From the NCBI GenBank assembly GCA_965197585.1, contig OZ240215.1:3040001-3104000 (forward strand): a DNA stretch of 64,000 nucleotides, in the 5' to 3' direction. Shown piece by piece: positions 37,588-47,399 of the stretch. The stretch comes from Dehalococcoidia bacterium (GTDB lineage Bacteria > Chloroflexota > Dehalococcoidia > Plut-88900). The stretch's first letter is position 1, and each line of letters starts with the position of its first letter. The notes beneath the pieces were generated by a model that saw only the letters and a list, made by a program, of their open reading frames with translations, ran no database searches and had not been told where the DNA came from. Position numbers and translations under genes: made by a program.

Positions 37588-38673
37588 ATGAAATTCGGCT
37601 ATTTCAATCAGCTTCAGATGCCCAAACCGTGGCCCGAGAACGCCGAGGTCCAACTGTACAAGGACGCTATGGCAGAGGCGGTGCTGGCTGAGGAGGTGGG
37701 GTTCGAGTACTACTGGCAGACGGAGCACCACTTCTACCCGGAGATAGGCCACAGCTCGGCGCCCGAGTTGTTCTTGGCGGCCCTGGCGCAGCACACGTCG
37801 AAGATTCGGCTGGGGCTTGGGGTGGTGGTGCTGCCGTGCAATCACCCGTTCCGAGTAGTGGAGTACGTATCGACGCTGGATATCCTATCGGGAGGACGCG
37901 TCGAGATGGGCACGGGGAGAGGGGCGTCGGTCTACCACTCCGAGGCCTTCGGCTACGACGCAGAGGGCGCAAAGGAGCTTTGGGACGAGTCGATACAGAT
38001 CATAGCCTCTATGTTCGTCGACGACCCGTTCCCCGGTTGGAAGGGTGTGCACTACGATCTGCCCCAACGTGACCTGGTCCCCAAGCCCGTGCAGAAGCCC
38101 CACCCTCCAATGTGGCTGGCGGCGACTCAGCCTGCGACATTCGCCAAGGCGGCGCGGATGGGTCTCGGGATCCTGGGGTTCAGCGCCATAGAGCCGGAGA
38201 AGATGATACCGGCAATCAGGGCCTACCAGGACGCGATGCCCGAGTGTAAGCCCGTCGGAGGGTTTGCCAACCACAAGATCGCAGCCTTTGCCATCAGTAA
38301 CGTGGACGGAGACTACGCGGTTGGCCGGGACAAGGCGTGTGCTGCGGCCCGGTGGTACTTCGGCGACAACGACGTACCGCTCCAGAAACTCCGCTTCGGC
38401 AGTCACGGGGGCAAGTACTACAAAGAGGCCGCGGGCGGCAAAAGGCAGGGCGTACTGGAGTCGGTGCTGAACCGGAGCAACGACCAGCTAATCGAGGACG
38501 GGATCGTGATAGGCGGGGACTTGGACTCGACGTGCCGGGGAGTCGAGAAGTGGATGGGGCTCGGGGTTGATCAGCTACTGCTAATGGTGCAGGCGGGTGA
38601 GACGAGCCACGAGGACACGATGCGCGCCCTGGACATGTTCGGCAATAAGGTTCTGCCGAGGTTTCGGGACTAA
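37588..38673 (+). CDS. LLM-class flavin-dependent oxidoreductase
   Basis: WQTEHHF, SAPELFLAA, LDILSGGRVEMGTGRG, PKPVQKPHPPMW. Confidence 0.93.
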   Translation: MKFGYFNQLQMPKPWPENAEVQLYKDAMAEAVLAEEVGFEYYWQTEHHFYPEIGHSSAPELFLAALAQHTSKIRLGLGVVVLPCNHPFRVVEYVSTLDILSGGRVEMGTGRGASVYHSEAFGYDAEGAKELWDESIQIIASMFVDDPFPGWKGVHYDLPQRDLVPKPVQKPHPPMWLAATQPATFAKAARMGLGILGFSAIEPEKMIPAIRAYQDAMPECKPVGGFANHKIAAFAISNVDGDYAVGRDKACAAARWYFGDNDVPLQKLRFGSHGGKYYKEAAGGKRQGVLESVLNRSNDQLIEDGIVIGGDLDSTCRGVEKWMGLGVDQLLLMVQAGETSHEDTMRALDMFGNKVLPRFRD

Positions 38674-38697
38674 GCTATTACCGCCTGATAATTTGCT

Positions 38698-40071
38698 CTA
38701 GGACGCCACCGCCGCCAGCAGAGTCTCCGCCGCCTTCTGGGCCCGCTGGTAGACCACCTCTTCGTCGATCATGGTGTGGCGGCCGTTCTTTATCACTATG
38801 CGGCCGTCGACCAATACCGTGTCTACGTTTCGGGTGAGGCTGTACAGGGTGATGTCGCGCTCGACGTGGTGGACGGGGAAGTTCCAGGGATCGGAGAGAG
38901 AGCGGATGACGATGTCGGCCTTCTTGCCGGGCTCGATGCTGCCGACCATGGTGTCGGCCTTCAGGGCACGGGCCCCGTTTATTGTCTGTATCTTCAGGAG
39001 GTCGTCCGGGTAGAGGACTTGTCGCTCTTCACGGGCGATGTTGTAGGCGAGCAGGGTGTTCTGCCCGAATACCCAGGTCTTGTTCACATCCATCCCGAAC
39101 CCTACGTTGAGGCTCCGGTGGTAGAGCTCCGGGATGCGGTTGGGAATGCCCTTGCGTACACCGTAATAGAAGGAGTTGCCCGGGACCCAGGCGATGGTCA
39201 GCCCCGAGTCCAGGATGGGTTGCATTTCGGGGTCACGGATGACGTTGCTGTGGACGAACAGGCACTTGGAGTCCAGGATGCCCTTCTCGGCCCAGTGGAG
39301 GTAGGCGTGCCGACCATCCCGTTCGGAGTCTCCCTCCGACATGGACTGATGGGAGTTGAAGGTGACGTCGTTTTCGTCGGCGCAGGCTTTGCCGGCCTCC
39401 ATTAGCTCATCGGTCTGGGTGCCGCTGCCGTAGACGGCTACGTGGCCCCTGACCAGGGTGTCGGGGTCGCTATTGCGCTTGAGCTCTCCCCCGAGGAGCG
39501 ACAGCGACCTCTTGGTGTCGAAAGGGGCGCGGTTTATGGCCATGTGCCCCTCGCCGCCGACGTCCCAGAGCCACGGGTCCCCGACCCAGGCCCTGATGCC
39601 GAGGGCGTTGCAGGCCTCGGCGACGGCGTCGGTGCTGTGGACGGTTCCGGGCTCAACGAAAGAGGTGAACCCGTTGCGCAGCATATCCAGGCCGCTGAGC
39701 ATGGCGCTGGCGTATTCTTCCTCGTCCCCAAGGGCGTTGAAGAAGCGCTGATAGCGGCTGGCAATCCACTGTCCGGCTCCCGCGGAGGAGGCGACGCCGT
39801 CCTCCAGCAGCTTGCTGGGCAGGTGGCCCGAGACGTGGTAGTGGAGGTCTATGTAGCCGGGATGTACCGCCCCGCCCCGGGCGTCGAGGGTGCGCAAGGG
39901 TCTGTATTTGGAGACGACTTCGGCCTCGGGGCCCACGGCGACGATCTCGCGGCCCCGGATGGCTATTGCGCTGTCGGGGAACTTGGAGTTGTCGGCGTCC
40001 ATGGTGATGACATAGCCGCCGCGGATGAGCAGGTCACATCTCTCGGGGGTGTTTTCGTTGAGGCCTGGCAT
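38698..40071 (-). CDS. Amidohydrolase (Atz/Trz/MtaD-like)
   Basis: PGYIDLHYH, TINGARAL, GSIEPGKKADIV. Confidence 0.85.
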   Translation of the reverse strand: MPGLNENTPERCDLLIRGGYVITMDADNSKFPDSAIAIRGREIVAVGPEAEVVSKYRPLRTLDARGGAVHPGYIDLHYHVSGHLPSKLLEDGVASSAGAGQWIASRYQRFFNALGDEEEYASAMLSGLDMLRNGFTSFVEPGTVHSTDAVAEACNALGIRAWVGDPWLWDVGGEGHMAINRAPFDTKRSLSLLGGELKRNSDPDTLVRGHVAVYGSGTQTDELMEAGKACADENDVTFNSHQSMSEGDSERDGRHAYLHWAEKGILDSKCLFVHSNVIRDPEMQPILDSGLTIAWVPGNSFYYGVRKGIPNRIPELYHRSLNVGFGMDVNKTWVFGQNTLLAYNIAREERQVLYPDDLLKIQTINGARALKADTMVGSIEPGKKADIVIRSLSDPWNFPVHHVERDITLYSLTRNVDTVLVDGRIVIKNGRHTMIDEEVVYQRAQKAAETLLAAVAS

Positions 40072-40075
40072 GGTT

Positions 40076-40540
40076 TCAGCCGTCCTTAGCTAAGTTGTTT
40101 CTCTCCACGGCAAGGAGCTTGTTAAGCCGACGCTGGTGCCGCTCCTCTCCCGAGAATTGCGCCCCGAGAAAGGCCGTCACCACTTCCCGCGCCAGCTCTC
40201 CACCTATGATCCTCGCGCCAAGACACAGCACGTTCATGTCGTCGTGCTCCACGCCCTGGTGCGCCGAGTAGGTGTCGTGGCACATGCAGGCCCGCACGCC
40301 CCGAACCTTGTTGGAGGTGACGCACGCTCCGACGCCGCTTCCGCAGACCATGATCCCTCTCGTGACCTCTCCCTCCGCTACGGCGCGGGCCACGGCTTCC
40401 GCGTAGTCCGGGTAGTCGTCTCCCGGGTGGAAGTCATGGGCGCCTAAGTCGAGCAACTCGTGGCCCTGAGCCTCGAGCCAGGGCTTTAACTCTTCCTTCA
40501 GGGGCAAGCCGGCGTGGTCGGCGCCTATGGATATTCGCAC
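40076..40540 (-). CDS. rpiB: Ribose 5-phosphate isomerase B
   Basis: GADHAG, DDYPD, CGSGVG, EHDDMNVLCLG, ERHQRRL. Confidence 0.95.
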   Translation of the reverse strand: MRISIGADHAGLPLKEELKPWLEAQGHELLDLGAHDFHPGDDYPDYAEAVARAVAEGEVTRGIMVCGSGVGACVTSNKVRGVRACMCHDTYSAHQGVEHDDMNVLCLGARIIGGELAREVVTAFLGAQFSGEERHQRRLNKLLAVERNNLAKDG

Positions 40541-40610
40541 AGTCTCGATTCCTTGTTGTAGTGGTTCGCCTCTTGTCTGGGAAAGTATATCGAGACTGGG
40601 AGATGCGGGT

Positions 40611-41591
40611 CTACACCGCGGTCAGCTCGAACCCGGCGGCGTGCATTTGGCACATGTTACCGTGCTCCGACACGTACCTGTACGCCGAGGTCGCCGCAAT
40701 GACCCCCTGGGCCGTCGAGGTGATGGTCTGCTTCAGTTCCCCGGTGGCGTCGGTCACGTCACCCGCGGCGAACACGCCCGACACCGTGGTCTCCATCATC
40801 TTGGAGACCATGATCTCGCCCTGGGAGTTGGTCATCACTCCCAAGTGTCTGGCTAGCTGGTTTCTCGGGTCTGCGCCGATCTCGATGAACAGGCCGTCTA
40901 CGTCTATCTCCTCTGCGCCGTCATAGGGCTGGTCCAAGGCCAGCCGCTCCAGTTTCTCGTCACCCAGCAGCCCCGTGACGTTGGTGCCGGCCAGCTGGAC
41001 TACGTTCTCGGCTCTCTCCAGCATCGCAAGGTTCACGGGCTCGGGGCGGGTGAGCTTGTCCTTGCGGTATATCAGGTACACCCGAGAAGCGTACTTGTCC
41101 AGCAGCACCGTTCCTTTGATCGCCGCGTCTCCTGCCCCGACCACCGCCACGGCCTGGTCTCGGTATAGGGGTGCGTCGCAGGTCGAGCAGTAGGAGACGC
41201 CCTTCCCCAGCAGGTCCGACTCGTTGGAAAGGCCCAGCTTGCGGCGCTCTCGGCCCACTGCAAGGATGACCGCCGTGCTCTGGTATTGGCCCTCGTAGGC
41301 GGTGGAGATAAAGCAGTTGCCGTCGTTTTGAATCTCCTTGACCTCGTCGGTAACTATCTCGACTTCGAGGTTCTCGACCTGCTTCTTCATCGCCAGCATC
41401 AGGTCGAACCCGTCAATGTGCGAGTAGCCGGGGTAATTTTCGATGATGCTGCCCGTGGCGGTCTCTCCTCCGAACTCGTCACCGATGACGAGGGTCTTCA
41501 TCTGGTATCGCGCCGAGTACAGCGCTGCCCCAAAAGCCGAGGCTCCCTGCCCGATAATCACTACGTCGTAAAGGTTTTTGTTATTGACCAT
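40611..41591 (-). CDS. trxB: Thioredoxin-disulfide reductase-like flavoprotein
   Basis: IENYPG, GKGVSYCSTCDAP, GVFAAGDVT; FAD loop reads GQGAS. Confidence 0.8.
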   Translation of the reverse strand: MVNNKNLYDVVIIGQGASAFGAALYSARYQMKTLVIGDEFGGETATGSIIENYPGYSHIDGFDLMLAMKKQVENLEVEIVTDEVKEIQNDGNCFISTAYEGQYQSTAVILAVGRERRKLGLSNESDLLGKGVSYCSTCDAPLYRDQAVAVVGAGDAAIKGTVLLDKYASRVYLIYRKDKLTRPEPVNLAMLERAENVVQLAGTNVTGLLGDEKLERLALDQPYDGAEEIDVDGLFIEIGADPRNQLARHLGVMTNSQGEIMVSKMMETTVSGVFAAGDVTDATGELKQTITSTAQGVIAATSAYRYVSEHGNMCQMHAAGFELTAV

Positions 41592-41686
41592 GATTTTTGC
41601 TCCCGGATGTGAGTCTTTGCTTAAGAAGGGACCGGATAGCCCTTAATACAAATGATAACTCACCGGGTGTCGGAGGGAGGGGGCAT

Positions 41687-41799
41687 TGATTGGGAAAGAT
41701 TAATAGATGAATGTTAATTGATTGAAGAATGATTGGAAGTTGATTAAAGATGATTGAAGGTTGATTGAACAATGATTGGACTCATAGCTAGTTTGATTG
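41687..41799. repeat. Helically phased TGATT(G/A) array
   Basis: Starts at 41687, 41719, 41730, 41741, 41751, 41762, 41773, 41794. Confidence 0.8.
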
Positions 41800-41922
41800 A
41801 ATGACGCCTGCAAGGGGCACGGAAGTTTTCGCGTGGTGCAGGTGGGCAAGGCGAATGGGGTTGAAAGTGGGTGGCCATAGGAGATTGACAGATTTGACGT
41901 GGCGGGTCGAGGGCTTGGAGAT

Positions 41923-41952
41923 AGTATAGAACTAATGTTTGTGTCGCGTCAA
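41923..41952 (-). promoter_or_regulatory. Promoter with LexA-type box
   Basis: TTGACG-18 bp-TATACT on minus strand; GAAC-TAAT-GTTT (41929-41940) abuts the -10. Confidence 0.55.
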
Positions 41953-42063
41953 GGGGGTTGGCCCAGGGGGGATGGATTCACGCTCCGCCAAAGGCGGACT
42001 TTCAGCACTGCGCACCTACAGCCCGACTACTCGGGAATGACGGAGAGGGTGGGGTGGAAGGGA

Positions 42064-42618
42064 TCAGGCGGGTGGGAAGATGGGTGCCAAGTCGAGGGCG
42101 AGGCTGGGGAGGGTGGGGGAGGATAGGGAGTCGGTGGCGCGATAGTTGCCGACTTCCCGGAAGTCCTTATCCTGTAATGACATCACGGATACGGCACGGG
42201 CATCGGGGTCAACCAGCCAATACTCGCCAACGCTGTGTTCTGCGTAGATGCGCCGCTTCAATTCCCGGTCCATGTTGGCCGAGGATGGGGATATTATTTC
42301 TATCACGAGTGCGGGCGCGCCCTGAATGTTGCTGGCGGTGATTATGGACTTTTGCCTGTTAGAGACGAATAGGAGATCGGGTTGCAGGACGTTGGTGGAG
42401 GACAGGACTACGTCGAATGGAGAGTATATGACATCTCCAAGGCGTCTCTCCTCCACAAATGTGTTTAAGAAAGAGAACAAGCGTCCCGAGATCTTTTGGT
42501 GGGCAAAGTTGGGGCTAGGTACCATTATCAGTTCTCCGCGGAGGAGTTCCCACCGCTCGTCGTCGGGGGTTTTGAGGTAGTCGTCGTAGGTTAGGGTTGT
42601 GGGTCGGGTTTCAACCAT
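42064..42618 (-). CDS. Uma2 family endonuclease
   Basis: ELLRGEL, PSP..HQ, LQPDLLFV, PALVIEIISPS, EYWLVDP. Confidence 0.92.
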   Translation of the reverse strand: MVETRPTTLTYDDYLKTPDDERWELLRGELIMVPSPNFAHQKISGRLFSFLNTFVEERRLGDVIYSPFDVVLSSTNVLQPDLLFVSNRQKSIITASNIQGAPALVIEIISPSSANMDRELKRRIYAEHSVGEYWLVDPDARAVSVMSLQDKDFREVGNYRATDSLSSPTLPSLALDLAPIFPPA

Positions 42619-42639
42619 TGGAGAGGGAGCCTGTCGGGG

Positions 42640-43719
42640 CTAGGCGGTTTCGATTTGGAGGTCGTCAGGTGAGTAGCCGAATTTGGCTAATAGTTCATGG
42701 CACACCTTGATGCAACGATTAGCTTTCATTTTAGTTTCTACATAGTAGCCTGAGCTGCCCACGAGTTTCGGTGTTCTCATGCCTTGTGGATTATGGCTAA
42801 AATAAGTGAGCCAGCGTAACTTGACTTCATGCGCCTTGTGAAATTCAGTGGGATGAAGCTGATAAATCTGTTCGGCTAAAGTTGGTAAGAGGGTATTCCA
42901 CTTCCTATCTTTGATCTGGTGAGTCTGTCCTCTGAAAGTAAAACGCAAAGGCCTTGTGCTTGTGTAGTCTACATTGCTCTTGAATCGTTCCGGTGACATT
43001 TGAGACCGAGAGGCAATTGGAACGGGTGAAGGCGTCAATGGAGCTAATCCGGGCTTAGGTAATCGGCCTAAGAAACGCTTTATCTGGTCTTGATCAGCTG
43101 GCCAGCCATACAACTCCTCAACCTTTTTGCCCAACAAATCGACAAGACGCTCATCAGGGTAGGTAAGCATGTCAGCCCATGCTTTAGGTAGGGCTTCTTC
43201 TGTTTTCTTCTCTATCTGCGAGATGTTGAGATAGGCTTCCGCATATCTGACTGCCTCTCCAGAGCTAACGTTGTCTCGGGACAGGCAACGTGTCAGCAGG
43301 ACCACTGCTGGTACCATATCGTGAATCCGTAGGTTGATGGTGCGGAACCGTCTTTCCTCCCAGCCGCCTTCCCGCAAGGGCAGATAAAACCACCAGTCCA
43401 GCCCGTTGGTGAGAACTGCCAAAGACACTCCCTGTCTGAATGAATAATTAAGAAGTTGTTCCTGGTGCATGCTCAGGTCTTCGCTGGGCCGTTTTGCCTC
43501 TAGGAACACTTTATCTTTCCCATCAAGACGAAGGGAATAATCAACTTTGCCGCCTCCCACTGAATGTTCGGGCTTAACCGCTTTAATATCAAACGTGTTC
43601 CAATCCAAGATATTAAGGATACGCAGTATGATGCCTTGCTTGACAGAGGCTTCGTCCAGAGTCGGAATTGACTTGTCGGAGCGCACACGTTCTATTTCGG
43701 CTGTGAGGCGATCCAGCAT
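42640..43719 (-). CDS. HsdR-N-like PD-(D/E)XK nuclease with C-terminal SeqA-like domain
   Basis: EAxVKQ..I..IL..LxW, VDY..L..VFLEAKR, QLLNY, LTNG..W; C-terminal YFS...RTPK....YYVETKM.A; lower GC. Confidence 0.7.
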   Translation of the reverse strand: MLDRLTAEIERVRSDKSIPTLDEASVKQGIILRILNILDWNTFDIKAVKPEHSVGGGKVDYSLRLDGKDKVFLEAKRPSEDLSMHQEQLLNYSFRQGVSLAVLTNGLDWWFYLPLREGGWEERRFRTINLRIHDMVPAVVLLTRCLSRDNVSSGEAVRYAEAYLNISQIEKKTEEALPKAWADMLTYPDERLVDLLGKKVEELYGWPADQDQIKRFLGRLPKPGLAPLTPSPVPIASRSQMSPERFKSNVDYTSTRPLRFTFRGQTHQIKDRKWNTLLPTLAEQIYQLHPTEFHKAHEVKLRWLTYFSHNPQGMRTPKLVGSSGYYVETKMKANRCIKVCHELLAKFGYSPDDLQIETA

Positions 43720-43893
43720 AATGGCCCCTCTAAAACGTCATGGCAAATACAGACTGGGATGGGGCAAGTATACCCTATGCCTGAGGGATGAATTCTGGTA
43801 AGCGTTTACGCGCCGCTACGTTATGTTCTTGCGTGTAAGCATCCAAATTACCTCCTAATGCTATACTCACCCTGCCACAGAGAGTAATCAACC

Positions 43894-44106
43894 GTGACCC
43901 ACCTCGCAGACGAAAAGGGCCAAGAGCCCATGAATGCAGACAATGCTGGTGCTCTGGCCGCGCTGCGCAGGGCATCTATAAAGGCCCGGCGACGCGCGCT
44001 GGAGGTTAGTGGATCCGTCTTGATTCGTAAGAATGGGAAAATTGTATACGAATCGGACCCGGCCGTACTTTTCCCGGATGGAATGGACGACGAGCCAACT
44101 TCCTAG
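43894..44106 (+). CDS. Small hypothetical protein resembling partners of zeta-toxin/AAA genes
   Basis: AALRRASIKARRRA...VLIRKNGKIV; no partner toxin adjacent. Confidence 0.45.
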   Translation: MTHLADEKGQEPMNADNAGALAALRRASIKARRRALEVSGSVLIRKNGKIVYESDPAVLFPDGMDDEPTS

Positions 44107-44135
44107 GACTAGGGCCCGCCTACAAGGAGCTTACC

Positions 44136-45341
44136 ATGAGCCTGGTACTCAAAAACGTAAACATAATCGACGCCACCACCCCCGAGATTCGAACCGAGCG
44201 AAACGTCCTGGTGGTGGATGGGGTTATCCAGCAGGTGACCGCCGGCCCGGCTCCCGACGCCGACCAGGTTGTCGATCTCGATGGGGCGTACCTGCTGCCG
44301 GGCCTGTGGGACGTACACACCCACCTGAACAAGGGCACCTATGGCCACGAAGCCGTCGAGGAAGATGCACTCGACCTCATTCCCCGGGTCTTGGCATATG
44401 CCCGGAACAGTATGGATGCCCTAAACATGGGTGTCACCTCCCTGCGGACCGTCGGGGTGCAGGAGTGGGCCGACGTCGCGCTCAGGAATGCTTTCTCCGC
44501 CGGACAGTTCAAGGGGCCTCGGCTCTTCTGCGGCGGTCACGCCCTGAATACCACGGCCGGGCACATGGCTGACGTGGACACGCCTATCGACGGGCCGGTC
44601 GCTTTCATTCACGCTGTGCGTAACGAGATCATGCACTACGTGAACCACATTAAGCTGGTTACTACAGGCGGGATCATGGGCTCGGGGCACGACGTGATGA
44701 CGAACATAATGATGCTCCGTGGTGAGATGGAGGCTGCGCTCGCCATAGCCAAGCAGCGGGGCATCCCCGCCGCCGTCCACGCCACCGTCCCCGAGGCCAT
44801 AAAGTGGGCCGTTAACGCCAGGTGCCGATCCATTGAGCACGGCTACGTCATGGACGAGGAAGCGGCCAAAATGATGGCCGACACCGGTACCTACTACGTT
44901 CCCACCCTTGCCCTGAGCCACCTGACCCCCGAGCAGGCCGGTTCCGATGCCGCCGCTGCATACTGCCAGCACCATCCCCTTCCCGACGAGTTCCGGGAGC
45001 GGGCCAACTTCTTTGCCCCCACACACGACGAGTCTTTCCGAATGGCGCTGGATGCGGGGGTGAAGATAGCCAGCGGCTCGGACCAGGGGCCTCCGGGCGA
45101 GGCTGCCCTTATGGAGCTGGAAATGCTATCGAAGGTGGGACTCGGGCCTTACGGTGCGATAGTGGCGGCCACCCAGACCTCGGCGGAAGTCTGTGGAGTG
45201 GGTGACAAGTTAGGCACCATCGAGCCCGGGAAATTCGCCGACTTCATAGCCATCGAGACCAATCCCCTGGAAAATATCGAGAACCTCCGCCGGCTCCAGC
45301 TTGTGGTCGCTCGCGGCGAGGTGGCGGTAGACAAACGGTAA
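44136..45341 (+). CDS. Metal-dependent amidohydrolase (Xaa-Pro dipeptidase-like)
   Basis: LPGLWDVHTH, IKLVTTGG, AVHA, SIEHG, SGSD, GTIEPGKFADF. Confidence 0.9.
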   Translation: MSLVLKNVNIIDATTPEIRTERNVLVVDGVIQQVTAGPAPDADQVVDLDGAYLLPGLWDVHTHLNKGTYGHEAVEEDALDLIPRVLAYARNSMDALNMGVTSLRTVGVQEWADVALRNAFSAGQFKGPRLFCGGHALNTTAGHMADVDTPIDGPVAFIHAVRNEIMHYVNHIKLVTTGGIMGSGHDVMTNIMMLRGEMEAALAIAKQRGIPAAVHATVPEAIKWAVNARCRSIEHGYVMDEEAAKMMADTGTYYVPTLALSHLTPEQAGSDAAAAYCQHHPLPDEFRERANFFAPTHDESFRMALDAGVKIASGSDQGPPGEAALMELEMLSKVGLGPYGAIVAATQTSAEVCGVGDKLGTIEPGKFADFIAIETNPLENIENLRRLQLVVARGEVAVDKR

Positions 45342-45392
45342 ACTCCAACCCGCGCACACCCACTCTTCACGAGGCCGGGTCTATGGTGGCCC

Positions 45393-45575
45393 TTAGCCCA
45401 GTTCGTTTTTGACCTGTTCCAGGGAGGTAAAACGTCCTGCGCGCACATCCTTTATGCTTTGACGGAGTGCGGTCATCAAGTCGGGGTCACCCATGATGTC
45501 CATGGTCTCCGTTATGGACTCGAAGAGGTCCCAGGACATCATGGCCATCCAGTGATCAAAGTGTGGGGTAGTCAT
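45393..45575 (-). pseudogene. Truncated Phd/YefM-type antitoxin
   Basis: MAMMSWDLFESITETMDIMGDPDLMTALRQSIKDVRAGR..SLEQVKNELG; lacks the N-terminal DNA-binding part and a toxin. Confidence 0.6.
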
Positions 45576-45625
45576 TTATCTCGTTCTCCGACGGTATTGT
45601 AAAGCATATGATGCTTTCCTAACCA

Positions 45626-47137
45626 TCACTGGCGAGTCCTCACCAAGGATTTGTTCCCAATAGCAACTCCCCTGCGGGCCGAGCCGTGGAGGGCGGACAG
45701 GACAATCGATACCAGGAGCAGACTGCCAGCGATGAGGTAGGTCAGGTTGAGGCCCGAGACGAAGGCGCTGTTGATTGCCGGTGACGCTTCGCCGGTAGTG
45801 AGCGGGAGCTTCGGTTCGTGGCCGTGGGAAGCCATTATGATAGTCACTATGGTCGTGCCTACAGCGATGCCGGTGATGTTGGCGGAAGTGCGGATGACGT
45901 TGAGCAGGGCCGCCACTATTCCGAACTTGGACGGGTCCTGATAGCTCATGATGGCCGTGCCGTTCGAGGCATTGAAGAACCCTGCGCCTATGCCGGCCAG
46001 CACAAGGCACATGAGCACGTAGCCCGGGGAGGAGTCGGGGGAAAGCTGAGACAGGGAGAAAAGGGCGGAGGCTTCGAAGCTCTGTCCAATGGTGGCGGTT
46101 ATACGGCTGCCAAAGCGGTCCGACAGGTAGCCGCTGAAAGGACCTATTACCCCCATGCATAGGGCGCCGGGGGCCAGCAGCAGCCCGACCCGGTCCGGCG
46201 AGTAGCCCATGACGTTGATGATGTAGAAGGGCATGAGGAATGCCACGGAGGAGGTTGCCAGGAAATTGAGCGTCCGGGCCGAGACCGCCATGGCCATGAC
46301 CTTGCTTCTGAAGAGACTGAGGTCGAGCATCGGGTAGGCGGCCTTCAACTGCCACCAGATAAAGGCCGCGAACAGCACACCCGCCGCCGCAAAGCTGATA
46401 AGGATGGGAGTCGAGCTCCAACCGAATCGGTGCCCGTTGCTCATGGCCATTAGGAAGCCGACAAATGCCCCTGCGGACAGGGCTGCGCCTCGCCAGTCAA
46501 AGGTGCGCAACCCGGACGCGCCCCCGGCTCCGGAGACCATCGGCTTGAAGGTCAGGAGGGCAAGGCCAATGGCAAGCAATCCCACCGGAACGTTAGCCAG
46601 GAATACGGCCCTCCAACTCAACCAGTGGACGAGGAAGCCGCCGATTATGGGCCCCGACGTGAGCCCCGATCCTATGATGGCTGTGTAGAGACCTATGGAC
46701 TTGCCGCGCTCGCTATCCGGGAAATTGGAAGCGATGATGGCCATTCCGTTGCCCTGGATGCCGGCGACGCCAATTCCCTGTATCACTTTGCCCAGTACTA
46801 TTATCGGGAAGATAGTCGCCGTGCCTGCAATGGCCGCACCGATGATGTTGATGCTCAAGCCAACCAGAAAAACGTTCTTGCGCCCGATGATGTCGGCGAG
46901 GCGGCCGACGGGCATGAACATGATCGCTGTGGTTAGGACGTAGGCGAGGAGGGTCCACTGGACGGTTGGTATGTCGAGGCCAAACTGGTCGGAGATGAAG
47001 GGCAGGGCGATGTTAATGCCGGTCTGGTCCACCACGGTGAAGTAGGTGCCTAGGGCAACCGCAGCGTATACCCACCACTTGTAATGAGGACTTTCGACTA
47101 CGGCTCGAGCCGGGCCGGGGAGGGCTAGCGAGGGCAT
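45626..47137 (-). CDS. MFS transporter (DHA2-type)
   Basis: GRLADIIGRK, WRAVFLANVPVG, many TM segments. Confidence 0.9.
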   Translation of the reverse strand: MPSLALPGPARAVVESPHYKWWVYAAVALGTYFTVVDQTGINIALPFISDQFGLDIPTVQWTLLAYVLTTAIMFMPVGRLADIIGRKNVFLVGLSINIIGAAIAGTATIFPIIVLGKVIQGIGVAGIQGNGMAIIASNFPDSERGKSIGLYTAIIGSGLTSGPIIGGFLVHWLSWRAVFLANVPVGLLAIGLALLTFKPMVSGAGGASGLRTFDWRGAALSAGAFVGFLMAMSNGHRFGWSSTPILISFAAAGVLFAAFIWWQLKAAYPMLDLSLFRSKVMAMAVSARTLNFLATSSVAFLMPFYIINVMGYSPDRVGLLLAPGALCMGVIGPFSGYLSDRFGSRITATIGQSFEASALFSLSQLSPDSSPGYVLMCLVLAGIGAGFFNASNGTAIMSYQDPSKFGIVAALLNVIRTSANITGIAVGTTIVTIIMASHGHEPKLPLTTGEASPAINSAFVSGLNLTYLIAGSLLLVSIVLSALHGSARRGVAIGNKSLVRTRQ

Positions 47138-47149
47138 GCCGGGTGCGGG

Positions 47150-47383
47150 CTAGGCATTGCCAGGTTGGGGCCCGCTTTCCTCGGGTTCAGGAGGGTCAGT
47201 GTTGGGTTCCGGGGCCAGGGGCATCATCACGGCGAGGAACAGGTAGAGAATGACAGAGAATCCCGCCATCAGCAGGAAGACCAGGAATATGGTTCGAACG
47301 GTGTCTGGATTGGTGCCGAAATACTCGCCGAGCCCCCCGGCGACACCCCAGATTTTGTGGTTTGTTCGGCTTCTGTAGAGCAT
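47150..47383 (-). CDS. PspC domain protein
   Basis: LYRSRTNHKIWGVAGGLGEYF...VR...YL....MP. Confidence 0.85.
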   Translation of the reverse strand: MLYRSRTNHKIWGVAGGLGEYFGTNPDTVRTIFLVFLLMAGFSVILYLFLAVMMPLAPEPNTDPPEPEESGPQPGNA

Positions 47384-47399
47384 ATTCCCTACGGTCTGC

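Noticed and set aside
41640-41810. AT-rich array as oriC or CRISPR
   Set aside because: No TTATCCACA-type DnaA boxes or dnaA nearby; 6-bp units are far too short for CRISPR; the 63-aa ORF over it is a by-product of the repeats
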